Shown: positions 31,062-40,661 of the stretch, one piece after another
How positions within the stretch are numbered: position 1 is the first letter of the stretch
How the letters are laid out: each line of letters begins with the position of its first letter
DNA from: a virus
Direction: 5' to 3' (one strand)
IMG/VR virus record: IMGVR_UViG_3300009506_000016
Location: 1-64,000 of that record
DNA: 64,000 bases
The notes under the pieces: model-generated
What the model saw: the letters and a program-made list of their open reading frames with translations, nothing else
The model's database searches: none
What the model was told of the DNA's origin: nothing
Program-made: the position numbers and the translations under genes

Positions 31062-31219
31062 GTTTTATAATTGACCTCACTCATTGCCGCAGGAAGGCCG
31101 CGTTGATGACGTTCATCTTTCCAATATCGTCTGCGCAACTTTGATAATTTTCGTTTCCAATACTTGCCGGTGTGTCTACCGGGCCACCTTAGATAGTACC
31201 TTGGATCTTTGACGCGCAT
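31055..31219 (-). CDS. small basic protein (54 aa, MRVKDPRYYLRW...)
   Basis: GAGG SD; Arg/Lys/Trp-rich. Confidence 0.55.
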   Translation of the reverse strand: MRVKDPRYYLRWPGRHTGKYWKRKLSKLRRRYWKDERHQRGLPAAMSEVNYKTW

Positions 31220-31583
31220 GTTTTTCCTCATTCGTAAGATAATGATACATACGTTTCACATGTTGCAATGCTGTGGAATCCTTAAGGAAATCTCCATCAG
31301 TAAGCATATTTTTGGTAACTCTTATGACATACCATCCTAGAAAGGCCGCATGGTTATATTTGATACAATCACGCTCAAAACCATCACCTTTTGTATGCCT
31401 ACCACCCCACAGGCCACCCTCAACTTCGATAGCCATCTTGATATCCGGGTATGCAAAGTCGAACCTCCAAAATCGTTCCTTACTAAATCTGTACTCTCGA
31501 ACAGGTGATGGAAGATCAGAAGTCCTTATTTGTTCTTCCATCATCCGTTCGAGATAACTAACTGTTTGTTTTGTCCGCGTCAC
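31176..31583 (-). CDS. PD-(D/E)XK endonuclease (DUF559-like)
   Basis: EYRF...R.WRFDFAYP..KMAIEVEGG. Confidence 0.8.
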   Translation of the reverse strand: MTRTKQTVSYLERMMEEQIRTSDLPSPVREYRFSKERFWRFDFAYPDIKMAIEVEGGLWGGRHTKGDGFERDCIKYNHAAFLGWYVIRVTKNMLTDGDFLKDSTALQHVKRMYHYLTNEEKHARQRSKVLSKVAR

Positions 31584-31807
31584 TATATTGCTTGAAGAAC
31601 CACGTCACGAATAATATCTGAAACATTATTCATATCTATTGCCTCGCCGCATACTTCGCATGTTGATCGAATGATAAGTCTGCCATCATTTTTTCCATTG
31701 TCGTCTGCATACAGGTCGTCAATTGTTAGCACAAGATCCGACTGACACGATGGGCATCTTTTATTGCGTTTCCATGTCCGCCAATCTCGAATTTTTGTTT
31801 TTGACAT
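31583..31807 (-). CDS. Zn-ribbon protein
   Basis: CPSC...CEVC. Confidence 0.65.
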   Translation of the reverse strand: MSKTKIRDWRTWKRNKRCPSCQSDLVLTIDDLYADDNGKNDGRLIIRSTCEVCGEAIDMNNVSDIIRDVVLQAI

Positions 31808-31844
31808 GTTCCTTTTCCCTTCGATAGATTTGACTCATCTATTA

Positions 31845-32108
31845 TTATACATCAGAATCAAAATCAATTTCTGTATCGAGAACCAATGACTTTATATCTC
31901 CTTGAGTGAGATATGTACGACAAAACTTACAATGATATGAGTATCCCTTGCGTGACGTGCTTCTTACTTTGTGCTTACATTTTGGGCATATAGGATATGT
32001 TTCCCAATATGGCAAGCATCCCCAACAATGATCGATATTACCGGCAACCTTTGGATCGTGAGCTTCGCCAGTACACTTAACCCATATAACAGATAGTTTT
32101 GTATCCAT
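31845..32108 (-). CDS. Cys-rich Zn-finger protein
   Basis: C..H..HCWGC..CPKC..CKFC. Confidence 0.65.
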   Translation of the reverse strand: MDTKLSVIWVKCTGEAHDPKVAGNIDHCWGCLPYWETYPICPKCKHKVRSTSRKGYSYHCKFCRTYLTQGDIKSLVLDTEIDFDSDV

Positions 32109-32109
32109 G

Positions 32110-32706
32110 TTAATTCCAATCAAACCAAGTTAGAACTGTCTCGTGATCACGATCTTGCATATCCCAAATGAACACTGCGAAAGCATAATCGTTTGTTTTT
32201 CCGGTATTGTTGAATGATGGTCGTCCGGCAAGAACACTCACCTCGGTTGGTGGGAATTCTTGCCATAGCCCACGACAGCGCTTTTTGCTTTCAAGGAATG
32301 CCAACTTGAGAAGAAATACGATCCGTCCATTATCACTAAGTAGCTCACGAGATTTTCTAATAAACATTTCAGCATGAGAATAGGGCGGATTTCCAATAAT
32401 GAGATCATATAGAAAATACGAATTGAATATTGAGAAATCTTTGTTATAGAAAGAGCTATAAGGATTGATCCCATTCATCCATTCTCGTTTTTCAAGATCA
32501 ACACCATGAATTACTGTCTTTTCGCTATGGGGATAGCCATCACGAATAGCATGACCGAATACTCCATACCCACATCCAGGATCAAGAGCATAGGTTGGTC
32601 TTATACCAGCTTTCTCAATAACCATTTCATACGCGAGTTCGTAGGGCGTTGGGTAGAAATCATTCTTTGGTCTTTCACTCGTTTGTTTCTTTGTTATGAT
32701 TACCAT
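32110..32706 (-). CDS. N6-adenine DNA methyltransferase (gamma-class motif order)
   Basis: DFYPTP, LDPGCGYG, IIGNPPYS. Confidence 0.88.
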   Translation of the reverse strand: MVIITKKQTSERPKNDFYPTPYELAYEMVIEKAGIRPTYALDPGCGYGVFGHAIRDGYPHSEKTVIHGVDLEKREWMNGINPYSSFYNKDFSIFNSYFLYDLIIGNPPYSHAEMFIRKSRELLSDNGRIVFLLKLAFLESKKRCRGLWQEFPPTEVSVLAGRPSFNNTGKTNDYAFAVFIWDMQDRDHETVLTWFDWN

Positions 32707-32920
32707 TCAGTTTCCATTCTTTAGCATACCAAGTGAAAAATTCATCACGTTCCTCTTTGGTCCCTTCTGGATTGCTACTTCCACAGTAGCCGCAACAATA
32801 TCCTTGAAGGTGCGGATAGCCGCAATGAACACATGGAAGAATATGCGGGGCATACGCTCTAGCTAGATCATCAGCTTTATCTTCCCAATCATCAGTATAT
32901 GGCATTACTCGATCAATCAC
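32675..32920 (-). CDS. small Zn-binding protein
   Basis: GTG start after GGAGG; CVHC...CCGYC. Confidence 0.55.
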   Translation of the reverse strand: MIDRVMPYTDDWEDKADDLARAYAPHILPCVHCGYPHLQGYCCGYCGSSNPEGTKEERDEFFTWYAKEWKLNGNHNKETNE

Positions 32921-34550
32921 GTATGGCCTCCTTGAACCAATTAGGATATGATGCTTTTGCTTGTTGAGTAAGTGCGCTACCATCGGCAATAGCGGCAACA
33001 TTGAGCATGTATTCACCATTATCGTCTTGCTCTCCGCGTGTGACACGTCCGGTAGCCTGAACAACACTCGCATACGCATTCCAAAACGCATATCGCTTTC
33101 CAGTTGGCGTACTCATTCTTAGTTGGTCAAAACGGTCACCCGGATTAGAAAATGGCACGCCAGCCACGATTGACATACGAGCGGTATCATATTCCAATGA
33201 CAAGCCGCTACCCCATCCCTGAATTGTTCCTACAACGATTTTACCGGGATCTGTATTAGATGTAAAGGCATGTATTTGATCCTTTAGTCCAGCGTCCGGT
33301 GGCGGTATCATCACGCGGCCCGGTAATGATTGAGAAAGGAATGTACGCAACAATCCAATTTTATAATTGGAGCTTGTCAATACAATTCCACGCCATTCAT
33401 TAGGCATCTTAGAAATAAATCGAGCTATTGCATTCGCTTGAGCCTTGTATAATGCTGGCCTACCATCCAGGTTCGCCTTTGTCATTTTATCAACATGCAA
33501 GTTATATACTGGACGCTTGTTTCTCGGAGTTGGGTGTGGATACTCTCGATAAACAAAATTCTGAAATCCCAACTCGTTCATAAGTGGACGCGGGTTTCCG
33601 ATTGTTGCGCTCATCATAAGACGAAGGCTAAAATTATCGGTCATCCTGGACACAAGGTTTTTGACATCAAGAGATCTGATCTGCATTTTTGCGCCACGCG
33701 GTACGGATCTTGTTGCAAATCTCCAATCGTCATTTTGCCTTTCTGTACATTTGTAAAAGATGGGTTGATCAGAAACAACCATCTCAAGCGCAACGGATAG
33801 ATGAGTAAACATACGCTTATTTCGTGCGCCTTCCTGTGTCATCTCGGAAAACAGATCAACTACGCTTATCTTCTGCATAGACTTAACGATCCAATTTGCT
33901 ACAGTGGATTTATCTTTTGAACTTAGCAAGTCTCCTTCACCGTGATATCCGTGTTCTAGTAATGGAAAATTGCCAAACTTATAATCGGCTCGTGTTCTAT
34001 CATCCATTTCGAACTTAGCAAACTCGATAAGCTCTTCATAGCTGTCATGCACTTCATCCATAACAATCACGCCATCTCGATTGTTTACGGCCTCTGATAA
34101 AGCCGCGTACTTATAAGTACATGCCATTCTATTTGATGCAAGCGCAGTCTCGCGTGCAATTACATACGGACAACGGCCAGCGAAAGGACAATCATACATA
34201 CGTTGAAAGTGACAATCGGCGGCTGTAGGAGTGATACCATATACATCCATCCAGTGAGTTACTTTAGATGGTAACACACAAGCATATTCGGGCTTTCCCT
34301 TTACGATATCGAACCCATATATGGATTTGTATTGCTCAAGCAATCCGTGATTATGCACTAATACGGTGACACTTGTATCGTGTCCTAAAGCAGTTGCAAT
34401 TGCAGACTTGCCAATTCCTGTTGGTGCTTCAACGACAAACGTACCATGATTATTTTTATCTAATATCTCTTTTGACTTTTTGTAAGCATCTAATTGTTCG
34501 GGTCGCCAAGCATCATGAGGAACTCCAACACTTCTTGGGTCTTGGCTCAT
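32913..34550 (-). CDS. DinG/XPD (Rad3)-family SF2 helicase with Fe-S cysteines
   Basis: RPEQ Q-motif, EAPTGIGKS, DEVH, MSAT, QATGRVTRG; Cys cluster. Confidence 0.85.
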   Translation of the reverse strand: MSQDPRSVGVPHDAWRPEQLDAYKKSKEILDKNNHGTFVVEAPTGIGKSAIATALGHDTSVTVLVHNHGLLEQYKSIYGFDIVKGKPEYACVLPSKVTHWMDVYGITPTAADCHFQRMYDCPFAGRCPYVIARETALASNRMACTYKYAALSEAVNNRDGVIVMDEVHDSYEELIEFAKFEMDDRTRADYKFGNFPLLEHGYHGEGDLLSSKDKSTVANWIVKSMQKISVVDLFSEMTQEGARNKRMFTHLSVALEMVVSDQPIFYKCTERQNDDWRFATRSVPRGAKMQIRSLDVKNLVSRMTDNFSLRLMMSATIGNPRPLMNELGFQNFVYREYPHPTPRNKRPVYNLHVDKMTKANLDGRPALYKAQANAIARFISKMPNEWRGIVLTSSNYKIGLLRTFLSQSLPGRVMIPPPDAGLKDQIHAFTSNTDPGKIVVGTIQGWGSGLSLEYDTARMSIVAGVPFSNPGDRFDQLRMSTPTGKRYAFWNAYASVVQATGRVTRGEQDDNGEYMLNVAAIADGSALTQQAKASYPNWFKEAIRD

Positions 34551-34652
34551 GACTCTTCCTTAGTGATGAATTCAGGTCACCCGAAAGTGACCTGTTTTGT
34601 TTTGCTATTTAATTATAGCAATTATTCGTATCTTGATCAAGCCTTAAATTTC

Positions 34653-34958
34653 TCAGGCATCAAGATATCTGGATAGTGTTTGTAAGTTACGTGACATATA
34701 TGGAGAATCAACGGACGACTCAAGTTCCTCTGCTATCATATCGAGATCGTTTCCTTCGCCAACCAAAGACAACATAAGCCTTACTGACAACTCGATAAGA
34801 GCGGAACCATTCTTACCGCGTCCAAACTCGACATGTTCCTTTAGAAGATCCAGGGTATCAGGAGTCATTGTTATCTTGATATCTTGCCTATTTGATTGTC
34901 CGTTCGCCGTTCTGCCGTACAACTTACGAAGATCGTGAAATACATTATTTGTTACCAT
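34653..34958 (-). CDS. hypothetical protein, possible ribbon-helix-helix regulator
   Basis: IKITMT..TL..L....S.LIE.SVR pattern. Confidence 0.45.
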   Translation of the reverse strand: MVTNNVFHDLRKLYGRTANGQSNRQDIKITMTPDTLDLLKEHVEFGRGKNGSALIELSVRLMLSLVGEGNDLDMIAEELESSVDSPYMSRNLQTLSRYLDA

Positions 34959-34973
34959 ATTACTACCTATAAA

Positions 34974-35552
34974 TTACTGATCACCCACCTCTTTGTTATT
35001 ATCAAGAAAGCTCATCGTTTCTACGCTTTTTGCATAGTATACAGAACGAGATTCTGAAACGTCATAGCTTGTTGCGTTTTCAACCGAAACCCCAAGACTT
35101 GTTGACAGCGACTTGGTTGTAAAATCGTCAAGGTTAGCCCCAAGAAATATTACTTTTCCGCCCTTATTCTCAAACGTTCTCACAAGATCAAGCAATTGTT
35201 TTGTGGTGTATCTAAATGATGCGTTCTCAAGTCCATCGGTCATAAGAACAACAACTTTCTTTATATCTTTGTGCATTCCGTTCATAAGAACAAGTTCTTC
35301 GCCGAATACATCCAGCAGTGGTGTCATTCCATTGCAGATATATTTATCTCTAGTAATAACTGGCGCATCTATAGCCTCTCCGAGATAGATGATATCGCGC
35401 CGAGCATCGTCCCAAACAACAATTTTAATGATTGTTTCTTTCAATGCTCTAACTGTATTCAAATACTCATTAATAGCATCAACGGTAACTGGTATGTTCG
35501 GAATCATCGATCCAGAACCATCCATAAGTAATGAAATTCTACTCTCTGTCAT
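34974..35552 (-). CDS. vWA domain protein
   Basis: MIDAS DGSGSM, GMTPLLD, MTDGLENAS. Confidence 0.88.
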   Translation of the reverse strand: MTESRISLLMDGSGSMIPNIPVTVDAINEYLNTVRALKETIIKIVVWDDARRDIIYLGEAIDAPVITRDKYICNGMTPLLDVFGEELVLMNGMHKDIKKVVVLMTDGLENASFRYTTKQLLDLVRTFENKGGKVIFLGANLDDFTTKSLSTSLGVSVENATSYDVSESRSVYYAKSVETMSFLDNNKEVGDQ

Positions 35553-35884
35553 ATTGTATTGTCCTCAATACGATTGATAGACCTTTCCTTAGAAAAGCCT
35601 TCCGGGTATCGCTTTTTAAGTTTTCCAATGTTCATGTTAGCGATTGTGCTAAGATCAAAACCTAACGCATCGGCCAGATATGCAATGTACCAAAGGCAAT
35701 CACCGGCCTCATCAAGCAATTTTATAGCGTCAACTTTGTGACCATGCCATTTCATTTTCTTGATAATGTTAGCAAGTTCTCCGGCTTTGCCAGCCAAGCA
35801 CAGTCCGGCAAATACCAATCTATCTTCCTCTGGAATTCCATTGGCTGTTCTCATTGCAAGGTTTTGATATTCTTCAAATGTCAT
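35549..35884 (-). CDS. MazG-like NTP pyrophosphohydrolase
   Basis: YQ..A.RT, G(K)AGE, EAGDCLWY, NI.KL.KRYP. Confidence 0.85.
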   Translation of the reverse strand: MTFEEYQNLAMRTANGIPEEDRLVFAGLCLAGKAGELANIIKKMKWHGHKVDAIKLLDEAGDCLWYIAYLADALGFDLSTIANMNIGKLKKRYPEGFSKERSINRIEDNTI

Positions 35885-36231
35885 ATTCCCCATTTCCCTT
35901 TCCGGTATATCAACCAGATAATACAATAAACCGCGAGATCCGTAATAGTATCCTCAATGGATTCGTTTTTTGGATCAAGCGGTTCTTCGAATTCAGATGA
36001 TTTTATCTCAATTCGGAATCCCATCAAATTCATAAGCCTTGCCATTTTATCCCACGTTCGGGTTGCGAGTCCAATCTCTCCTGTTCCAAGTATATTAGCA
36101 GGACTGTAATCCGCGTTTTTATCGAGATGTACTTCATACATGTGTTCGATAATATCTCGGAAAGCCTCGGTCTGTTCTGGACGCAGATCCTCGGTAATAT
36201 GAGTTGGCCTATCAAGATTTATATATCCCAT
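35881..36231 (-). CDS. DUF1599 / nucleotide-modification-associated domain 1 (Nmad1)-like protein
   Basis: KNADY, DKMARL, ESIEDT..DLAVY. Confidence 0.75.
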   Translation of the reverse strand: MGYINLDRPTHITEDLRPEQTEAFRDIIEHMYEVHLDKNADYSPANILGTGEIGLATRTWDKMARLMNLMGFRIEIKSSEFEEPLDPKNESIEDTITDLAVYCIIWLIYRKGKWGI

Positions 36232-36800
36232 TTTGTCCTTCCGTTGTTCATGTTTATAGCACCAAGTTTCAATACATCCTGAATGCTATCAACTCTCGGG
36301 GCCCAAAAGTCATTAGCATTATGGGGCTGATTGTATAATATCTTGTATCCCGAGTATGCGCGTATGTTATGTATTCCGTCATCGAGTAGCGTTCCATAAC
36401 TTCCGTTTAGTAAAGACTTATCACCAACCTCAATATAGTCCTTCTGGAAACGCTTTGATTCGAGAAATCCATAGTCGTACAACCATTGTAATTTTCTACC
36501 CTGATTCTTATAAACCGGGGTAGTGGCGAATACAACTCTGTATCCAAGCTGTTTCAATGCAGAGATGGTTCGCTTTACTACATATTCGGGTTCGAGTAAA
36601 AACACTTCATCATACAACGTTGGATCATCAAGATATTCATAGATAATTTCACCGCATTCTGGTTTTACGAATTTCCTCATATCCCATTCGGTGATATCTT
36701 TCTTTTGAAGATGGTCGTTGTAGTCTTTATTGTATCTACGCAACCATGCGGATAGAAGATCAGCGATAGTATCATCAATATCAATATAAAATGTTTTCAT
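36219..36800 (-). CDS. 5'(3')-deoxyribonucleotidase (HAD, NT5C-like)
   Basis: YIDIDDTIAD, K..WL, LLDD..HN, YNQPHN. Confidence 0.85.
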   Translation of the reverse strand: MKTFYIDIDDTIADLLSAWLRRYNKDYNDHLQKKDITEWDMRKFVKPECGEIIYEYLDDPTLYDEVFLLEPEYVVKRTISALKQLGYRVVFATTPVYKNQGRKLQWLYDYGFLESKRFQKDYIEVGDKSLLNGSYGTLLDDGIHNIRAYSGYKILYNQPHNANDFWAPRVDSIQDVLKLGAINMNNGRTKWDI

Positions 36801-36898
36801 AATAGACCTCAATTGCGCATCTCCGATTTGAACGGAGAATATGGCCTTTATTTTGATACCAATGCGCAAACTAATTATACATGATTATGTATAACTTT

Positions 36899-37612
36899 TC
36901 AACCGTCAAACACGTCTTTGCCATTCTCGATTCCCCACGCCTCAATAGTGATTTGTGGGAGTTTACCGGCCTTTATAAATTCAAGAACAACTTCACGAAG
37001 TTCAGGGACTTTCTCAGCTATGTAAGCAATATCAGCGCACAGATTTTCTTGATGGACGCGAAGTTCAACAGCCTGTCCTTCCGAATCAATACCAAGGTTC
37101 TGATCAATATACTGATCAACGCGCTCCGAAATCGCTTCCTCAATAGTCTTAGTACCATAGAACCTGCGATTGTCATCTTCCGCTTTCATTCCAGCGAAGT
37201 ATGATTCGCGTTGAACCTTTTGCAAGCTATCCGTTGCGTTTTTGAGTTCTGTTTCTGCCTCAAGAACAGCCGGTTCGTAATGGGCAGATAACTGAGCAAG
37301 CTCGCGCTCTTGTTTAGCCTTAAGCTCTGCAAGTTGTTGTCTGTGTGCCGCATCCATTTCCGTAATCTTTGATCTTCGCTCGTTTTCTAAGCGAGTCACA
37401 ACTGCCTGACGTGTCCCACGAAACTGAACAGCATCAGCGATAAGTTTGCGCCATTTCTCAGCGTTCACTTCGATCTCAAGCTGTTCCATGAAAGACTTTC
37501 TACGCCTGTTCTTGAATGTTGTAACATCGGGAACACGATCACCATAAAAATCTGAAATAGCAAGACGCAACATCTTTACCATGTGCGCCATTCGTTCCGG
37601 GCCTATAGCCAT
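36899..37612 (-). CDS. coiled-coil hypothetical protein
   Basis: 237 aa with AGGAG SD. Confidence 0.7.
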   Translation of the reverse strand: MAIGPERMAHMVKMLRLAISDFYGDRVPDVTTFKNRRRKSFMEQLEIEVNAEKWRKLIADAVQFRGTRQAVVTRLENERRSKITEMDAAHRQQLAELKAKQERELAQLSAHYEPAVLEAETELKNATDSLQKVQRESYFAGMKAEDDNRRFYGTKTIEEAISERVDQYIDQNLGIDSEGQAVELRVHQENLCADIAYIAEKVPELREVVLEFIKAGKLPQITIEAWGIENGKDVFDG

Positions 37613-37623
37613 TTTACATTCTC

Positions 37624-37911
37624 CTATTCACTAAGATCGAAACACCTCATATTCGATTCATCGGCAAAGTAACACACGATATTTGTATCTCTATCATACA
37701 TTTTTATGATTGTACGATAACCAGATGAATGATATGGTAAAACTTGTATGACAACATCACCAACATACTGAGTATTGGCAGTTATATCATCTTCTGATAC
37801 GATCTGCGCTCCTTGTTGATCTTGTGGAACGTAAGCAATAGCGAATGCTGTCATTACAGAGAGAACAACAACAATCGCAAATACGAGATATAGATTACGA
37901 AACTTGTTCAT
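37624..37911 (-). CDS. secreted or membrane-anchored hypothetical protein
   Basis: AGGAG SD; signal-peptide-like N-terminus. Confidence 0.65.
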   Translation of the reverse strand: MNKFRNLYLVFAIVVVLSVMTAFAIAYVPQDQQGAQIVSEDDITANTQYVGDVVIQVLPYHSSGYRTIIKMYDRDTNIVCYFADESNMRCFDLSE

Positions 37912-37972
37912 CTTGTTATATAACACTCCTGGAATCGTTGAGGGCGCACTAAGCGCCCTCAACAAACTTTGG

Positions 37973-39592
37973 TTATTTGTATCCGATGAACTCGTTGATC
38001 AGTTGCGGTACGTTTCCATCAAACCCGGCCACGTCCAGAGCAAGCGGATCAGAAGTGTCACCAATCGTATACCCGGTGGGTGTCATTGACATGGTAACCA
38101 GATTGACATCATGTCTTACATGAGATCGATACTGGTTTAGAGCAACAAACGGATGAACCCAACCTGCCCAAGTTTCACTGTCTGTGATGCAAACAAATGC
38201 GTCAAAGTCACGGCCTTGTCTCTTTGCCCAAGAAAAAGCGAGTGATGCGTCTGTTCCACCAAATGACATGTGGCTCGTTATCGCCATAGCCTGATCAAGT
38301 TTCATTCCGGCGCTGATCCCGAGCGGCCTGATATTATCAGCGAAGCCGATAATCTCGTAGTTTGGCTCGGAGTTAGCAAGAACAAGTGCCATAGCCGCCG
38401 CTCCAAGGTTTGGAGTAAAACCAGCAATGCCATTGATCGATCCGTAGGTCATTGAGCCACTCACATCAAGCGCATAGCAGATATTCTTGTGTGTGGCCGG
38501 TGCGTTTTTGAATGCAGAGTAGAAAGTGTTCTCACATGCGTAAGAGATATCACGATCAACATTCCACCGATTTTGACCACGCGTATCTACGCCAGCGTTA
38601 TATTGCAATGATGCAATCAAAGCCTTGATAGGATGCAAGCGGTTTTTGTGCAACCACTCAACATCGTTGAGGCGGCTGATGATCAGATTCTTGGAATCGC
38701 GGTCTTTCAGAACACCATAACGAGTCATATTTGCGAGATTGCGGACCATTGCCTCAGCACCCATTTGGGGTAGTAGAGCGATCCACACGTCACGATCAGT
38801 CAGATATTCGGTTGGTACAATCTCTCTCGGTGCATTCGCTGTGCGAATCACATCGATGATACCTTCCTTATTGCCCCTGGCCGCATAATCTTTCATCACT
38901 TCTGCGGCTGTAATGATATCTGGCACAAGAAAAGTATTGTATTCCTTTCCCAATGACCACAACATTGCCGCTTGGTGCGCCGGTGATGCAAAGCTAAAAT
39001 CAACATGCGCAAGACGAATGACATCCTTCTGCGACCATCCCTCACGTTGTTGATATTTAGCCAACTGGTAAGCCAGCGAGTTAGGGCTACGATCAAGATA
39101 CCATTTGGAAACGGCCCGGCGCACAGCCCTTCCCCATCCGCGTTTTGCGTGCAAGAAACTTGCAAACGTGAACAGGTGAGTACCAGTACGAACAACCTTC
39201 GGCAACGCATTTAGAGCTAGCTTACGTGCGTATGCCATTCCGTTTGTGTAAGACGCGGCAACTGCAAGAGCAAAAATAGCAGGATCGTTACTTGCGGCGC
39301 GTCCATTGTCGCTCACATCAACAATCATATCAATGGTGCGCGTTGGATCTTCATTAAGACATCGAAGAATGTTGGTGTAATTCTCGAACGTCCGCTTTTT
39401 CTCGTTGGCGTAGTAGGTTGGTCCTTCTGTACCAAGGATCAAAAACCGTTCAAGTTGAGTAAACATGCCAGCATCAAACACATATCCGCCAGCGTTATTC
39501 ATAACTTGCTTTTTGCCAGGAACAGGCCGAGATTGAGGAATATTACCAACCTTGTTGCTTGTTCCAGCATTGATATAGGTTTTTCGTGCCAT
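37973..39592 (-). CDS. rsr: Ro60 / TROVE-domain RNA-binding protein (Rsr) with C-terminal vWA domain
   Basis: Start MARKTY after GGAGG. NNAGGYVF, LERFLILGTEG.TYY, VRTGTHLF.F, RGWGRAVRRAV..WY, KYQQREGWSQKD..RL.H, RNL..MT, LHP, DVSGSM, GGTDASL, TDSETW and GFD are hallmark Ro60 motifs. Confidence 0.96.
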   Translation of the reverse strand: MARKTYINAGTSNKVGNIPQSRPVPGKKQVMNNAGGYVFDAGMFTQLERFLILGTEGPTYYANEKKRTFENYTNILRCLNEDPTRTIDMIVDVSDNGRAASNDPAIFALAVAASYTNGMAYARKLALNALPKVVRTGTHLFTFASFLHAKRGWGRAVRRAVSKWYLDRSPNSLAYQLAKYQQREGWSQKDVIRLAHVDFSFASPAHQAAMLWSLGKEYNTFLVPDIITAAEVMKDYAARGNKEGIIDVIRTANAPREIVPTEYLTDRDVWIALLPQMGAEAMVRNLANMTRYGVLKDRDSKNLIISRLNDVEWLHKNRLHPIKALIASLQYNAGVDTRGQNRWNVDRDISYACENTFYSAFKNAPATHKNICYALDVSGSMTYGSINGIAGFTPNLGAAAMALVLANSEPNYEIIGFADNIRPLGISAGMKLDQAMAITSHMSFGGTDASLAFSWAKRQGRDFDAFVCITDSETWAGWVHPFVALNQYRSHVRHDVNLVTMSMTPTGYTIGDTSDPLALDVAGFDGNVPQLINEFIGYK

Positions 39593-39604
39593 TTCGTACC
39601 TCCA

Positions 39605-39743
39605 ACAGAAAGTATAGTCGTGCAAAACGGTTGGCGGGATTCGAACCCGCCTTTTGCCATTAACCGTTATGGAGCGGCTGGTTGCTCAACCGGTACAACC
39701 TGTTCTTCTCCATTCGATGTAATAACCGACAAACAATCGTATA
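39605..39743 (-). ncRNA. structured rsr leader / Y-like RNA with a tRNA T-arm
   Basis: GGCGGG-UUCGAAU-CCCGCC stacked on an AACGGUU/AACCGUU helix; 5' end UACGA...GUCGGUUAU matches the Y-like elements. Confidence 0.65.
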
Positions 39744-39746
39744 ATA

Positions 39747-39775
39747 ATTATACCATATATTCGATCATATTGCAA
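39747..39775 (-). promoter_or_regulatory. sigma70-type promoter for the rsr leader and gene
   Basis: TTGCAA-17-TATAAT with extended TGn. Confidence 0.8.
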
Positions 39776-39786
39776 AACGAGTTTTC

Positions 39787-40017
39787 TCATCGAGAGATAA
39801 GAAAAACAATATAAGCAATAAAAGCAATGTTGATAATTGTTAATAATGCAACGCCCATTTTTTCTGTATCATCAAGACAATATACAGAGTTATGCTCAAT
39901 TCTCACAGCAATGAAAATGGGCCAAACAAATATAAGCATTATTGTAATAACAACATAAACGGCAAGACTTGAAATCATCTTAATAGGATATCCAATAATG
40001 AAAAACACCTTTCTCAT
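39787..40017 (-). CDS. small membrane protein
   Basis: Two hydrophobic helices. Confidence 0.6.
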   Translation of the reverse strand: MRKVFFIIGYPIKMISSLAVYVVITIMLIFVWPIFIAVRIEHNSVYCLDDTEKMGVALLTIINIAFIAYIVFLISR

Positions 40018-40325
40018 TTGCTTATCCCTTCTGAAAGAAATAACAATCCATGTTCTTCAAGTGGTTCTATTTGCATTTCGTCAACAAGTTTCTTGATTGC
40101 AATAGGAACGCCTTTTATCTCAAGTTTTCCGCCATATAGAGGAATGTAGATAATATCGCTACGCCATATAATCTCATCACTCTCATTTCTTGCACAAACT
40201 GTAATCTCAACCTGATCGTACAATACACGGCCAACAATGATCGTAAGCTGAATTGTTGGCTCATCTTTCATACCACTTCTTATGTAATCATTGACTAATT
40301 TTCCGAATGTCAGCTTGTTTCCCAT
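40014..40325 (-). CDS. hypothetical protein
   Basis: 103 aa, AAGGA SD. Confidence 0.65.
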   Translation of the reverse strand: MGNKLTFGKLVNDYIRSGMKDEPTIQLTIIVGRVLYDQVEITVCARNESDEIIWRSDIIYIPLYGGKLEIKGVPIAIKKLVDEMQIEPLEEHGLLFLSEGISK

Positions 40326-40365
40326 GTCTTAATCATTCCTTAATATAAGTTTAATAAAAACTGAC

Positions 40366-40413
40366 TTGACTTGCGTATAGCAAAAATGGTACAATAGAGG
40401 GTGGGAGGGAGGG
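40366..40413 (+). promoter_or_regulatory. antisense-oriented sigma70-like promoter followed by a G-quadruplex motif
   Basis: TTGACT-18-(TGG)TACAAT, then GGGTGGGAGGGAGGG at 40399-40413. Confidence 0.5.
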
Positions 40414-40418
40414 AATAG

Positions 40419-40643
40419 TTAAAATAGCATGTTGTCACCAAAATCTCGCCATTCCTTAAGCTCTTCCCTAATTCTCTCAGAATCAATAGCGAGTTCTTTC
40501 GACTCATCAGCATATCCCTTCATGATGCTATCGGGGATAGGATGATAATTCGCAATCATAACTATGATCTTAATAATAATGGTTAATAATCGAGTCATGA
40601 ATGCAAACATCTCAATAATCATTCTCTTATCATTTTTGTCCAT
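40419..40643 (-). CDS. small protein with a hydrophobic helix
   Basis: AGGAG SD; 74 aa. Confidence 0.65.
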   Translation of the reverse strand: MDKNDKRMIIEMFAFMTRLLTIIIKIIVMIANYHPIPDSIMKGYADESKELAIDSERIREELKEWRDFGDNMLF

Positions 40644-40661
40644 TGTTGTATTTCTCCTATT

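Noticed and set aside
37937-37963. Hairpin downstream of rsr read as another Y RNA or a strong terminator
   Set aside because: It is a simple 11-bp hairpin without the GGUACG/UUACC motif or a minus-strand U-tract; probably an mRNA-stabilising stem.
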